A program made the translations under genes and the position numbers. This document shows positions 47,630 to 57,400 of a DNA stretch of 64,000 nt, one piece after another. Within the stretch, counting starts at the first letter, position 1. Each line of letters begins with the position of its first letter. This stretch comes from Patescibacteria group bacterium. Its GTDB lineage: Bacteria; Patescibacteriota; Minisyncoccia; Phycocordibacterales; UBA918. The notes below the pieces were generated by a model. The model did not search any database and had not been told where the DNA came from. It saw nothing but the letters and a program-made list of their open reading frames with translations. The stretch spans positions 52,142-116,141 of the forward strand of contig JAIEOU010000006.1 in NCBI GenBank assembly GCA_019750255.1, in the 5' to 3' direction.

Positions 47630-47658
47630 GGGCCCGGCACGCGTAGCGTGTCGGGCCC
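47630..47658. terminator. Terminator-like hairpin between convergent genes
   Basis: gggcccggcacgc-gta-gcgtgtcgggccc. Confidence 0.75.
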
Positions 47659-47686
47659 TTTGTGTACCAGCCACCGCCACCGAGTC

Positions 47687-48049
47687 TCACATCAGCGGTG
47701 GCGGGAAAAAGCAGTAGATAGTTGGCGGTACACCGTTGTTTCGGAATAGCAGTGTGATTCCAGGAAACGGAGTCGGGTCTTGCGGGTTGTGCCGCATCAT
47801 TCGACCTGCAGGAACCCGGTGCCATTCATTGTTGTACCGGATCTCATAATGGCCATTATTCATTCGCCACTCAGGATCTTGCAGAACGAAGAAGTCATAC
47901 GGTGCACAGCACTTCATACCGTCCACGGCATACTGTCGCATCATCCACTCGGCCTCCGCGGGTGTGTACTGTGGACCATGTGCACCCGCGGGAGTGCTTT
48001 TTACAGCCAGCGCTGCCACCATCATCGGCAAGAAAGAACGTCTCTGCAT
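47687..48049 (-). CDS. Small exported Cys-containing protein with twin-arginine-like signal
   Basis: MQRRSFL...AGA-H; KCCAPYD...IYCFFPP. Confidence 0.65.
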   Translation of the reverse strand: MQRRSFLPMMVAALAVKSTPAGAHGPQYTPAEAEWMMRQYAVDGMKCCAPYDFFVLQDPEWRMNNGHYEIRYNNEWHRVPAGRMMRHNPQDPTPFPGITLLFRNNGVPPTIYCFFPPPLM

Positions 48050-48213
48050 CTGATTAGCCTCCGGGTTGTTTTATACCGTGCGCGAATCCTCTTCGACGTG
48101 CAGAACATTTACCCCCTCCACAATATCTTCCCAACTTTCAGGTGTCAAAGAAATCCTTGCTTCAGCTGCACACTCTTGCAAAATTAGCTATTTTATGCTC
48201 TAATTACGGCTCT

Positions 48214-48927
48214 ATGGAGTTCCCAATTCGCCTCAACAAATACCTCGCCGATACTGGCGTAGCGTCACGCCGCGAAGCCGACACCCTCATTGAAGCCGGC
48301 AAGGTGCTGATTAATGGTAAAAAGGCAGCGCTTGGTACCAAGGTACAAGACGGTGACGAGGTTACCCTCGCCGGCCAAACCAAAGACAAGGTCTACCTCG
48401 CCTACTACAAAGGCCGTGGTGTGATTGCCCACTCTCCGGCCGAAGGAGAGGTTGATATCGCGACCCGCCTTAAGAAGGACTTTGGCCTCACCGGACTCTC
48501 ACCAGTCGGTCGCCTCGATAAGGACTCTGAAGGTCTCCTTATTATCACGAACGACGGCCGCATCACTGCCCCACTGCTCGATTCAAAGAATAAACTCGAA
48601 AAAGAGTATGAGGTGCAGGTAGATAAGCGAGTCACCACGGTGTTTGTAAAGGCTATGGCCGGCGGTGTCCAAATCGAACGCTATTATACGAAGCCGGCGG
48701 TGTGCGTACCTAGTACCAAAAACGACAAGAAGTTTAACCTCACCTTGACTGAAGGCAAGAAACACCAAATTCGGCGCATGTGCGCGGCCCTCGGCTACCA
48801 GGTACAATCACTCAAGCGCGTACGCATCGGTCCAATTGCTGTCGGAGCCCTAAAACCGAACCAGTATCGCAAGATTATTGGTCACGAGCTCAAGACCTTT
48901 CTCGCTACCCTCGACGTCTCGGCCTAG
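48214..48927 (+). CDS. rRNA pseudouridine synthase (RsuA/RluB/E/F family)
   Basis: S4 domain IRLNKYLA..GVASRREAD; GRLDKDSEGLL; LTEGKKHQIRRMC. Confidence 0.95.
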   Translation: MEFPIRLNKYLADTGVASRREADTLIEAGKVLINGKKAALGTKVQDGDEVTLAGQTKDKVYLAYYKGRGVIAHSPAEGEVDIATRLKKDFGLTGLSPVGRLDKDSEGLLIITNDGRITAPLLDSKNKLEKEYEVQVDKRVTTVFVKAMAGGVQIERYYTKPAVCVPSTKNDKKFNLTLTEGKKHQIRRMCAALGYQVQSLKRVRIGPIAVGALKPNQYRKIIGHELKTFLATLDVSA

Positions 48928-49002
48928 TTACGAGGCCTTGAGCGCTTGTAAAATACTTCAGTTGTTGTATAGTTTTGGCTGCTTTAACAGAAAGGTTCTT
49001 CG

Positions 49003-49380
49003 ATGCCCAGCAAAGCTGACGTCACCATCATGGCTCAGGGTGTGCCGGAACTTGTTGCAAAGGTTCGAGATGCACAGAGCAAATTCGCCGAACTGGTGTG
49101 CCCTCCCCACTATCTGCCGATACTGTCGGTAGAGTTTCAGGACAGCCTGCCCGGATCCTTGCCTCTATACCGCCGAAACGAAAAACTCCCAGAACTGACC
49201 ATCGTCATCGGTGTTTCTGACGGGCTACGGCAAAGGCGCCACATCGAGCTGCCGGCCAGTCGAGTGTTGCGGCAGATTCAAGTGCTCTTGGGCATCATCC
49301 CCGGAGACTACTCCATCGTCGTATTTACAGACGATCACATCTGCCGCAAGTGCAGCCAGCCCAAGCGATTGGCCGCCTAA
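49003..49380 (+). CDS. Hypothetical protein
   Basis: 125-aa ORF filling the gap, followed by hairpins; no recognisable motif. Confidence 0.5.
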   Translation: MPSKADVTIMAQGVPELVAKVRDAQSKFAELVCPPHYLPILSVEFQDSLPGSLPLYRRNEKLPELTIVIGVSDGLRQRRHIELPASRVLRQIQVLLGIIPGDYSIVVFTDDHICRKCSQPKRLAA

Positions 49381-49448
49381 TCTCCGGGGCACAGCACAGC
49401 TATCAAATCACCGCCGGCCACATCCGTGGCCGGCGCTTTTTCTGTCCA

Positions 49449-49484
49449 AAAACAGCGTGGACCCGGAGGGGTCCACGCTGTTTT
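49449..49484. terminator. Bidirectional terminator downstream of typA
   Basis: aaaacagcgtggaccc-ggag-gggtccacgctgtttt. Confidence 0.88.
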
Positions 49485-49500
49485 CTGTAAAACTTCAAAT

Positions 49501-51285
49501 CTACTTTTTCTTTCGATCAGTCTCCCTGAGATACTGCTTGCGCAAACGCACACTCTGCGGGGTGACCTCGAGATATTCATCGTCAGCCATAATTTCAAGG
49601 CCTACTTCGATTGAAAGTGACCGTGGTGGCACGAGGTTGATCGCATCGTCAGAACCAGAGGCGCGCATGTTGGTGAGCTGCTTTCCCTTCGTTGGATTGA
49701 CCGTCATTTCCTCACCTTTACTCGTGTTTCCCACCACCATACCTTCGTACACTTCAGTACCAGGCGTGATGTAGAGCTGGCCACGGTCCTGGAGACCATA
49801 GAGCGCAAAACCAAGCGCCTTGCCTTGTACCATTGAAATCATTGAACCAACCTGGCGCTTCTTGATTTCACCCGCGTATGGACGGAAACCTAGCACGCGT
49901 GAGGCAAGGATACCTTCACCCTTGGTATCAACCACAAACTGGTTCTTGTAGCCGAGGAGACCGCGAGTTGGTCCTTCGAAAATGAGACGTACCTGATTTT
50001 CGTGAGTAATCATGTTTACCATCACAAAGCCGCGGTTACCGAGGCGTTCAATCACAGGACCCTGGAATTCAGACGGAATGTCAGCCGTTACTTCTTCAAA
50101 CGGTTCGAGCTTGTGTCCATTCTCTTCCTTAATAATTACGCGAGGCTGTGATACCGCAAGTTCGTAGCCTTCACGACGCATGTTTTCAAGGAGAATCGAA
50201 ATATGCATTTCGCCACGACCACGGACTTCAAAGGTATCGCCAGACTCAAAATCAACCTGGAGACCTACGTTTACCTCAAGTTCCTTTTCGAGACGATCCT
50301 TAATCTGGCGTGAGGTGACAAACTTGCCTTCTCGACCAGCAAACGGTGATGAGTTTGGCATGAACTCGAGTGCAATTGTTGGTTCATCAACCTTGATCGA
50401 CGGGAGAGGTTCGGTGGCTTCGCTGTCGGTGAGCGTGTCACCAATATTGATATCAGGGAAGCCAGCAATCATCACAATGTCGCCCGCAAATACTTCAGCG
50501 GCTTCAAGCTTAGACACGCCCTTAAAGGTCGACATCTTCACGACCTTGCCTTTCTTTACCGTGTCCTCGCCTTCGTGCTTCACAAAGAGCGCCTGGTTAC
50601 TCTTTACCGAGCCTTCACAGACGCGGGCTACCGCGAGACGACCGAGAAAGTTGTCGTAGCCAAGGTTAAATACCTGGGCACGGAGCGATTCCCCTGCCAC
50701 ATACGGTCGTGCCGCTGGCACCATCTCGAGCACCACATCAAGCAGCGGTGAGAGATCTACCATTTCGTCACCGAGATTGCGCTTCGCCTTCCCTTCACGC
50801 CCAATGGCATAAACAGTGGTGAAATCGCATTGCTCCTCATTGGCACCGAGCTCAATAAAGAGTTCAAGTACCTGCTCTTCAGTCCGAGGAATGTCAGCCG
50901 CTGGCTTATCAATCTTGTTTACCACCACAATTGGCTTTAGACCAAGCTCGAGTGACTTCTTGAGCACAAAGCGAGTCTGTGGCATGGGGCCTTCCTGCGC
51001 GTCTACAATGAGGAGCACCGAGTCAATAGAGCGAAGTACACGCTCCACTTCAGACCCGAAGTCGGCGTGGCCCGGGGTATCAACAATGTTGATTTTCGTA
51101 CCCTTGTAGTCAATTGAAGTATTCTTGGCGTAAATGGTAATACCACGCTCTTGTTCAAGCGCGTTACTATCCATTGAGGCGTCTCCCTCGCGGGCGCCTG
51201 TCTGGTCCATGAGCGCGTCGGTCAAGGTGGTCTTGCCGTGGTCCACGTGCGCGATAATGGCGATATTACGAATCTCCTGTGACAT
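49501..51285 (-). CDS. typA: Translational GTPase TypA/BipA
   Basis: IRNIAIIAHVDHGKTTL, ERGITI, DTPGHADF, NKID, KGKQLTNMRASGSD, EVTPQSVRLRK. Confidence 0.98.
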   Translation of the reverse strand: MSQEIRNIAIIAHVDHGKTTLTDALMDQTGAREGDASMDSNALEQERGITIYAKNTSIDYKGTKINIVDTPGHADFGSEVERVLRSIDSVLLIVDAQEGPMPQTRFVLKKSLELGLKPIVVVNKIDKPAADIPRTEEQVLELFIELGANEEQCDFTTVYAIGREGKAKRNLGDEMVDLSPLLDVVLEMVPAARPYVAGESLRAQVFNLGYDNFLGRLAVARVCEGSVKSNQALFVKHEGEDTVKKGKVVKMSTFKGVSKLEAAEVFAGDIVMIAGFPDINIGDTLTDSEATEPLPSIKVDEPTIALEFMPNSSPFAGREGKFVTSRQIKDRLEKELEVNVGLQVDFESGDTFEVRGRGEMHISILLENMRREGYELAVSQPRVIIKEENGHKLEPFEEVTADIPSEFQGPVIERLGNRGFVMVNMITHENQVRLIFEGPTRGLLGYKNQFVVDTKGEGILASRVLGFRPYAGEIKKRQVGSMISMVQGKALGFALYGLQDRGQLYITPGTEVYEGMVVGNTSKGEEMTVNPTKGKQLTNMRASGSDDAINLVPPRSLSIEVGLEIMADDEYLEVTPQSVRLRKQYLRETDRKKK

Positions 51286-51433
51286 ATTCTTGGGCTAAAT
51301 CAACGATTATTAAATGCTCCCTATAAAGAGAAAGGCGCGCCCATAGGTTTAGCTTGGGAGCGCGCCCATAACGTGGAGTAGAATACCGTTATTTGTAGGG
51401 TTTGTCTAGTGCTCGAGACCAACAGTCTGTTTG

Positions 51434-51461
51434 TTGACACCTCTTTAGACTACAGTATAAT
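51434..51461 (+). promoter_or_regulatory. Consensus sigma70 promoter with no sense CDS downstream
   Basis: TTGACA (51434)-16 nt-TATAAT (51456). Confidence 0.8.
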
Positions 51462-51467
51462 ATAAAA

Positions 51468-51520
51468 AACTACAGGAAAGCGCACTTCGTATGACTTCGT
51501 GTCTACGCGGTGCGTTTTCA
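51468..51520 (+). ncRNA. Candidate small hairpin RNA convergent with NYN gene
   Basis: gaaagcgcact...cgta-t-gac/gtc-tacg...ggtgcgttttc; G-U pairs favour + strand; directly after the promoter. Confidence 0.45.
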
Positions 51521-51996
51521 TTAGTCTCCACCAATTTTCTTATCAAGATTACTCATGTAGTTAATCTTCTCCTTAGCTTCAGCCTTTAGCAACTTAGAAC
51601 ACGTATTGGAATATGGACTAAGTACCATTTCCAATTTCCCTTCGCTATATAGGTGTCTTACTAGAGAATAAAAATCACCATCACTAGTGACAATAACGGC
51701 CTTATCATAATTATCTTTTTCAGGCAAAGCCACAGCACCAAATCTGCATCACAATTTCCTTTTGCTTTTCCTCCAGAATCAAAAATTATTGGCTTAAACA
51801 CTAAAACATAGCCTGCATTTTGTAGGGCCGTGAACAGTTCTTGATTAGTATCTAAAAATCCTATAAATAAATAGGCGATATTGACAGAATACTTATCTTT
51901 TAGGTAGACCCTAAACTTTTTCCAGTCCAGTCTCCAACCCAATGATTTGATACCCAGATGAAGGTTTTGTGCATCAATAAACGCAACGTTGTTCAT
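51521..51996 (-). pseudogene. NYN (LabA/DUF88, PIN-like) domain protein with 1-nt frameshift
   Basis: AFIDAQNL...KGNCDADLVL in one frame, YDKAVIVTSDGDF...CSKLLK in another; adding one G at TGG|CT (~51731) fuses them. Confidence 0.85.
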
Positions 51997-52067
51997 ATTA
52001 AAAGTGTACCGCGGTACTCACTCACGCCTGTTCGAAACCAAAATATAATCATCAATATTTTAACCAC

Positions 52068-52325
52068 CTACCCAGAAATTAGCGACTCCTTAGCCGTCCG
52101 CGGCAGCTTCTTCAGCGCCGCCTCACGCTTAAGAGCCGCGCTCCGGTCAGCCGCCTCTTCAGTATAGGCCAGGGATACCGGTTGGCGACCGCGCGTGTAG
52201 CGGGCCGCGAGGCCGGTACCGTTGTGTTCTTGCAGGCGCCGCTCCAAATCGGTGGTAACGCCGGTATAGAGCGTTCCGTCAACACAGCGCACAATATAAA
52301 CCCACCAGATGACAGGCTCTATCAT
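52068..52325 (-). CDS. GIY-YIG nuclease family protein (YhbQ/UPF0213-like)
   Basis: VYIVRC.DGTLYTGVTTDLERRL.EHN...ARYTRGR...ALKRE. Confidence 0.93.
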   Translation of the reverse strand: MIEPVIWWVYIVRCVDGTLYTGVTTDLERRLQEHNGTGLAARYTRGRQPVSLAYTEEAADRSAALKREAALKKLPRTAKESLISG

Positions 52326-52406
52326 AGCGAAAATTGATACGTACCACCAAAGGCCCGATAGGCAAAATACGCAAACACGGCGGCAGCGAGAGCTATAACT
52401 AAAAAT

Positions 52407-53072
52407 TTAACCATGCGTTAGATTAGCAACATGCTGCTGCCTACGACTCCACCATGGTCGACCGTACCGCCATCCGAGCCACAAGCCAGCCAGCACAAAC
52501 AGGTGGGCGAGAACAAAATAGGAAGTCATTAGTGAAAAAATGGAGCGACCAAGGAAGTCATTAACGGCCAGAAGTCGCTTCCAGGTAGCCACATACCCAC
52601 TTGCCCGCTCTCTATCCCCCACCGTCAATCGGTACTTTCCTTGATTAACGGGACTACTCACCTCAATACGGTACGTGCCAGCCGCCAACTCGGCTTGATA
52701 AGGCTCGCCTCCCCACCACGATACCCCGAGCAGACGGTCACTACGCTCGATCCAGACAGTATCACGTGCAGCCTGCCGCACCACCTTCTCCACCCGACCA
52801 TCTTCAAGCACTCGCACAACGAGCAACGAAAGCGGTGCAGGTTCAGTACCGAGCGGCTGCTCCAGATGTGCCGAGAGGGTAAACGTTTCAGGCGAGACGA
52901 GTTCATACATTACAGGATCTTCGATGAGCTCTCCGTAGTACTCACGCTCTGTGGTCGGGTCGCTGCCGAGCGACAATACTTCGTACTGTACTTGTGGCTT
53001 GAGGAAGAAATACTCAGCGGCCATTGCCGGAAATGCTAACAAAGAAAGTAGGCCGAGCACAATAAACTTCAT
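52407..53072 (-). CDS. Exported protein with C-terminal TM
   Basis: Signal peptide (AMA), beta-rich domain (AGTYRIEVSS...GKYRLTVG), C-terminal hydrophobic helix. Confidence 0.75.
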   Translation of the reverse strand: MKFIVLGLLSLLAFPAMAAEYFFLKPQVQYEVLSLGSDPTTEREYYGELIEDPVMYELVSPETFTLSAHLEQPLGTEPAPLSLLVVRVLEDGRVEKVVRQAARDTVWIERSDRLLGVSWWGGEPYQAELAAGTYRIEVSSPVNQGKYRLTVGDRERASGYVATWKRLLAVNDFLGRSIFSLMTSYFVLAHLFVLAGLWLGWRYGRPWWSRRQQHVANLTHG

Positions 53073-53166
53073 GATGCCCTAGTATAGCAAAATACCACCG
53101 AGCCCAAGAGGCCGGTGGTGTTTTGTAATTAGTGTTCTGTTCCCCTCGCGCAATAGAGCTCAGCAA

Positions 53167-53787
53167 CTACCGACCCCACCCATCGTTTTCGCCAGCTTCG
53201 TCTAGTATCGCGCGGACAGTTTCGCGATCGTTAGCTTGGCGAGCACTGCGGAGCGCATCGTGCTGGTCGTCATTAAGCGCACCATGCCGCGACACAGCAT
53301 GACTGTGGCCCGAACCCTTCCCGTGGTGGCCATTCTTGTGTTCACCACGGCCCGGAAGTCCTAAATTCTCAAAAATTTCTTGTGCCTCGGTGTGAGCTCC
53401 TGATCGTTTGAGTTCGTGCGCTTCGGCAAATAGTTCAAAATCAGCCTCGGTGGTGATGATATCCGCGAGTGGCGTATCCTTAATAGCCTGCGTAAAGGCG
53501 GCATAATCACCATCCTTGAGCGCCTGATGCATCGCGAGACGGGCGACATGCGCGGCTTTGCGCACCGCTGCCAGGGCTTCTTCATCAATGCCGGCTTGCA
53601 CTAATACATCACGAGCTTTTTCAACTTCACCTTCAATCCGGAGGGTACGAGCTTCTTGAAAGGCAGAGACTTGCTCAGTCGTTAATCCGGCGCGTAGTAG
53701 TACATCACTTCCAACGAAGGCTTGTGCCCCTGTTGCGGTTACCGCAAACGCGGCGATCGCGATGAGGAGCGATTTTGATGATTGCAT
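53167..53787 (-). CDS. Secreted helical hypothetical protein with His/Gly-rich segment
   Basis: MQSSKSLLIAIAAFAVTATGAQA; internal repeat (FQEARTLR/FAEAHELK); GEHKNGHHGKGSGHSH. Confidence 0.75.
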   Translation of the reverse strand: MQSSKSLLIAIAAFAVTATGAQAFVGSDVLLRAGLTTEQVSAFQEARTLRIEGEVEKARDVLVQAGIDEEALAAVRKAAHVARLAMHQALKDGDYAAFTQAIKDTPLADIITTEADFELFAEAHELKRSGAHTEAQEIFENLGLPGRGEHKNGHHGKGSGHSHAVSRHGALNDDQHDALRSARQANDRETVRAILDEAGENDGWGR

Positions 53788-53880
53788 ACATACAAAGGTT
53801 ATGAACAATAAGAGCGGTAGCGTAACCAATCAGAACCGCTCTCAATTACTACGCCACCCTTGTGTGGTTCTTTCGTACCC

Positions 53881-54387
53881 CTACAGTCCAACACTAGATA
53901 GAAGCCTCTGCAAGAGGTCTTGGGCCGCAGCATCGTTAGCCAAAGCCGTATCACAACTATCAAGTTCAAACTGCTCTTCGCCCACGGCAATTCTAAATCT
54001 ATATTCGATACCATCAGTATACGTTTCGCACATTTCAGGAGTGATGCTTTGCTCTAGCGCCGACAGGTAGTCGACAGTGAAAGTGTCGCGCAGTTCCCTT
54101 AAGAGTGGAGCAGAAATCTCTCCCTCTTCCTTTATTCGCGCTTCCCGGTCACCCGCCGCCGGAAAACTAGCATAGGTACCGTCAGTTGCGAGCTGGAAGC
54201 TGGCACAGAGCCCACCGCGCTCGCAGCCGCCGTACGCCCCACCAACTATGACGAGCGCGTCGGTGTCTTTAGTGAGTTCGCCGAAGAATGAAAATTGCTG
54301 AGAAAATCCATACAAATAGAGATATGAACCAACACACACTCCGACCACAAAGGTAATGAGGATGCTGACAATATCTTGGCGACGCAT
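53881..54387 (-). CDS. Membrane-anchored hypothetical protein
   Basis: N-terminal TM, four Cys in extracytoplasmic part; TATAAT 6 nt upstream of ATG. Confidence 0.75.
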   Translation of the reverse strand: MRRQDIVSILITFVVGVCVGSYLYLYGFSQQFSFFGELTKDTDALVIVGGAYGGCERGGLCASFQLATDGTYASFPAAGDREARIKEEGEISAPLLRELRDTFTVDYLSALEQSITPEMCETYTDGIEYRFRIAVGEEQFELDSCDTALANDAAAQDLLQRLLSSVGL

Positions 54388-54491
54388 AGTTTTATTATAG
54401 CACCGACGCCGTTAGCGCTTTTATCTTGCTCACGTGTTCAATTGTCGATTACTCACTGACTTCTGTGACCTGCCCTCTTCGGGGCGTGGGG

Positions 54492-57400
54492 TTACTCAGG
54501 AAGCGGTGCGTCAGTGTCTGGCTCTGTCACCACTACTTCCGCTGGAACTGGTTCAGCTGGTACTGAATCATCAATCGGTTCAATGACTGGTTCTTCCACC
54601 TCCTCTACCACATTCACTTCCTCCTCTTCTGCAATCACTTCTTCACTCACCTCCTCGGGCAGTTCGGGGGTAGAAGTCGAAGTCGAAGTCGTATGAGGCA
54701 CGAGGGGCAGAGGCTCAGGTGACAGAGACGGTTCTGGGGTTGGGTCAGACTTATCTAGAATTTCTTGAAGCTGGCCTTTGTTGATACAAACATCTTCGAT
54801 ACACAACTCATCCGTCTCGACTTTTTTCGTCTTAAAGAACTCAGCAAAACCTGTCACTCTATCAGCCAACTCTTGCACGGCCTTCACCACCACCGCCACC
54901 AGATTACCGTACGAAATACTTTTAGAGCCTTCAACTCCATCAACGACTTCTGGAATGATGAGTTCCAGCTCTTGCGCAATGAACCCTACACGCATATCCT
55001 CGATATTTTTCATCTTGTAGGAACGCGGCTGCAGTTGCATGAGCGTATCAAGTCCATAGGTGAGCGTCTGTACATCTTCGTTATGTTCAACATCGGCTGG
55101 GGTGGTCCATTCACCAGCCACATTTAGTGTTGCGACGTTCAGCGTCCCACTACTGTCGCCTCCAAAGAACGAAAGCACGCCACTTGTGGCCATCGATAGA
55201 CTGCGGAAGTCAGTGTTCCCTGACTCAGAAATGATAAATCCGCCAAAGTAATCATTGCTTGACTGGGTCACGGAGAGGCGAGCGGCTGGGGTTGTGGTAC
55301 CAATACCAACATTGCCATCATCGGTAACGGTGACACCGAGTTCACCCAATGCTTCCTGTACTACATACGCCCAACGGGAAAGTTTTGAAGTAATTTTCTC
55401 TAAGAATGAAACCCCAAGGAAGGTGTGTGGGTTTACATAGACCAAAACCTTGCCTACCCCACTATCATCCAACGTTGTCGTGTCCAGATCTTCGAGCGCA
55501 ATACCCACGACACGGCCCGCATCAGTCGCTTTCATACCCACACCAGACCGTCCCGAGGACGTGATGTAGTCACCTTTTTTAATCATGCCGTTTTCCAGAG
55601 ATACCTTTGTTGGCACTCGACCGACGAGCGCTACTGGTTGTTTTTCAGCCGTACCGCCAGTGATATCAATGCCTAGTTTAATACCCGGAGTGGTGGTGAT
55701 GATACCAAGCGCATTGTCGTCGTAGGCATCAGTTGATTTCGCAATTAGACCGGCTGAGGACTGAGCTACGGTAACGATATCACCCGCCTCAAGCGTGTCG
55801 TCGTCGGTCGGGAAATATTCAGCAATGTCTGCCCCGCCCGAGTTCCATGAGCCACCGGTCTGCGTATAGGCATCACCTGCGGCACTAAAGCGGAAAAGAT
55901 TTTGGCCATTGAGAGAAAAGGCTGCCAGATCCGTACTATTAACTTGAAATACCTTATACGAAGTAATAGTTGGTCTAATAAAGACATTCGCTGGATTCAC
56001 CGATGTCGTACCTCCTTCGGCTTGTAGCGGGAGTCGGTTGTACACAACAGTGGACTCGCCCATGTAGACATTCTTTCCCGCATTAGGCTGCTGAGCAATT
56101 GGTCGTCTCATCACAACACGCACCTGCATCCACGCATCGCCACTTGCAGGGTTAATTAAGTCTCCGCTTTTCTTAATCGTTCGCCATGTGGATGTTCCCA
56201 ATCCAATCTCACTAGCGGCGGTTCGAACCGATATTGAGATGACACCCGGCCTGAATGTATCAGCGTTGCCGGTCCGGGCAAAAGCGGACTGACTATTTAA
56301 CTGACTATTATTAATGTGTTCCGAAAGGTATGTTCCCGTTGTAAGCCAACCAGCATCGTAGATTGCGGTAGTAAAGCCACCGCCCAGCACCATCATGTAG
56401 CGACCATCTGGACGCTGGATAGAGTGAGCACCCTGACCAGGTGTATTTCCAACACCAGGTCCGGTACTCATGGTATTTGCTACAGGATCGTAGATTGCGG
56501 TATTCGAACTGCCACCAAGTACCAGTAAGAACTTACCATCAGGACGCTGGATAGAGTGAGAACCGTTGCCAGCTACTGCCGGAAGAGCTGGTCCGGCAAC
56601 CGAGGTGTTCGTTACTGGATCGTAAATCGAGGTATTAGTACCGCCGGCACCAAACACCACCAAGAACTTACCATCCGGGCGTTTAATAGAGTGTCCGCCC
56701 GTACCAATACTACCCGCTGCGGTCCCCACTAGAGCTGGGCCAGTGTACATAGTATTAATAACTGGGTCGTAGATCGAGGTATCGGTATTTAATCCCGACA
56801 CTATCAAAAATGTGCCGTCAGGGCGTTGAATTGAGTGGGCGCCAAGATTAACTCCACTTCCTGCTATGTTCGGGCCTGGACTCATGGTATTCGCTACCGG
56901 GTCGTAAATAGTTGTTTGAGTACCGTTGTTACCCAACACAATCAAGAACTTTCCATCTGGACGCTGAATAGAGTGAGAGCCCACATTGGCCGAGCGTCCA
57001 ATCGCAGGTCCAGCCACTATCGTATTAGCAACCGGATCGTAGATGTTAGTGAGACCGCCATTATTACCCACCACAATCAAGAACTTTCCATCTGGACGCT
57101 GAATAGAGTGAGAGCCATTAGAAGGATTGCCACTAGCTATGGTCGGTCCTGCCGTGATGGTATTGGTGTCTGGATCGTAAATATTAGTAGCGTTACTATT
57201 GGCAGCTACCACGATCAAGAACTTTCCGTCTGGACGCTGAATGGAGTGAGCGCCTAAACTAGATGTGTTTGCCAAAGTTGGTCCTCCACTAAACACCCCT
57301 CGGTCGTCACTCTGCGTGGAGCTACTGACAAGTCCTATTCGGTACGGTAATGACAACCCATTATCTCCACCAATCAAACTAGCGAGTAGTGGCACAGAAG

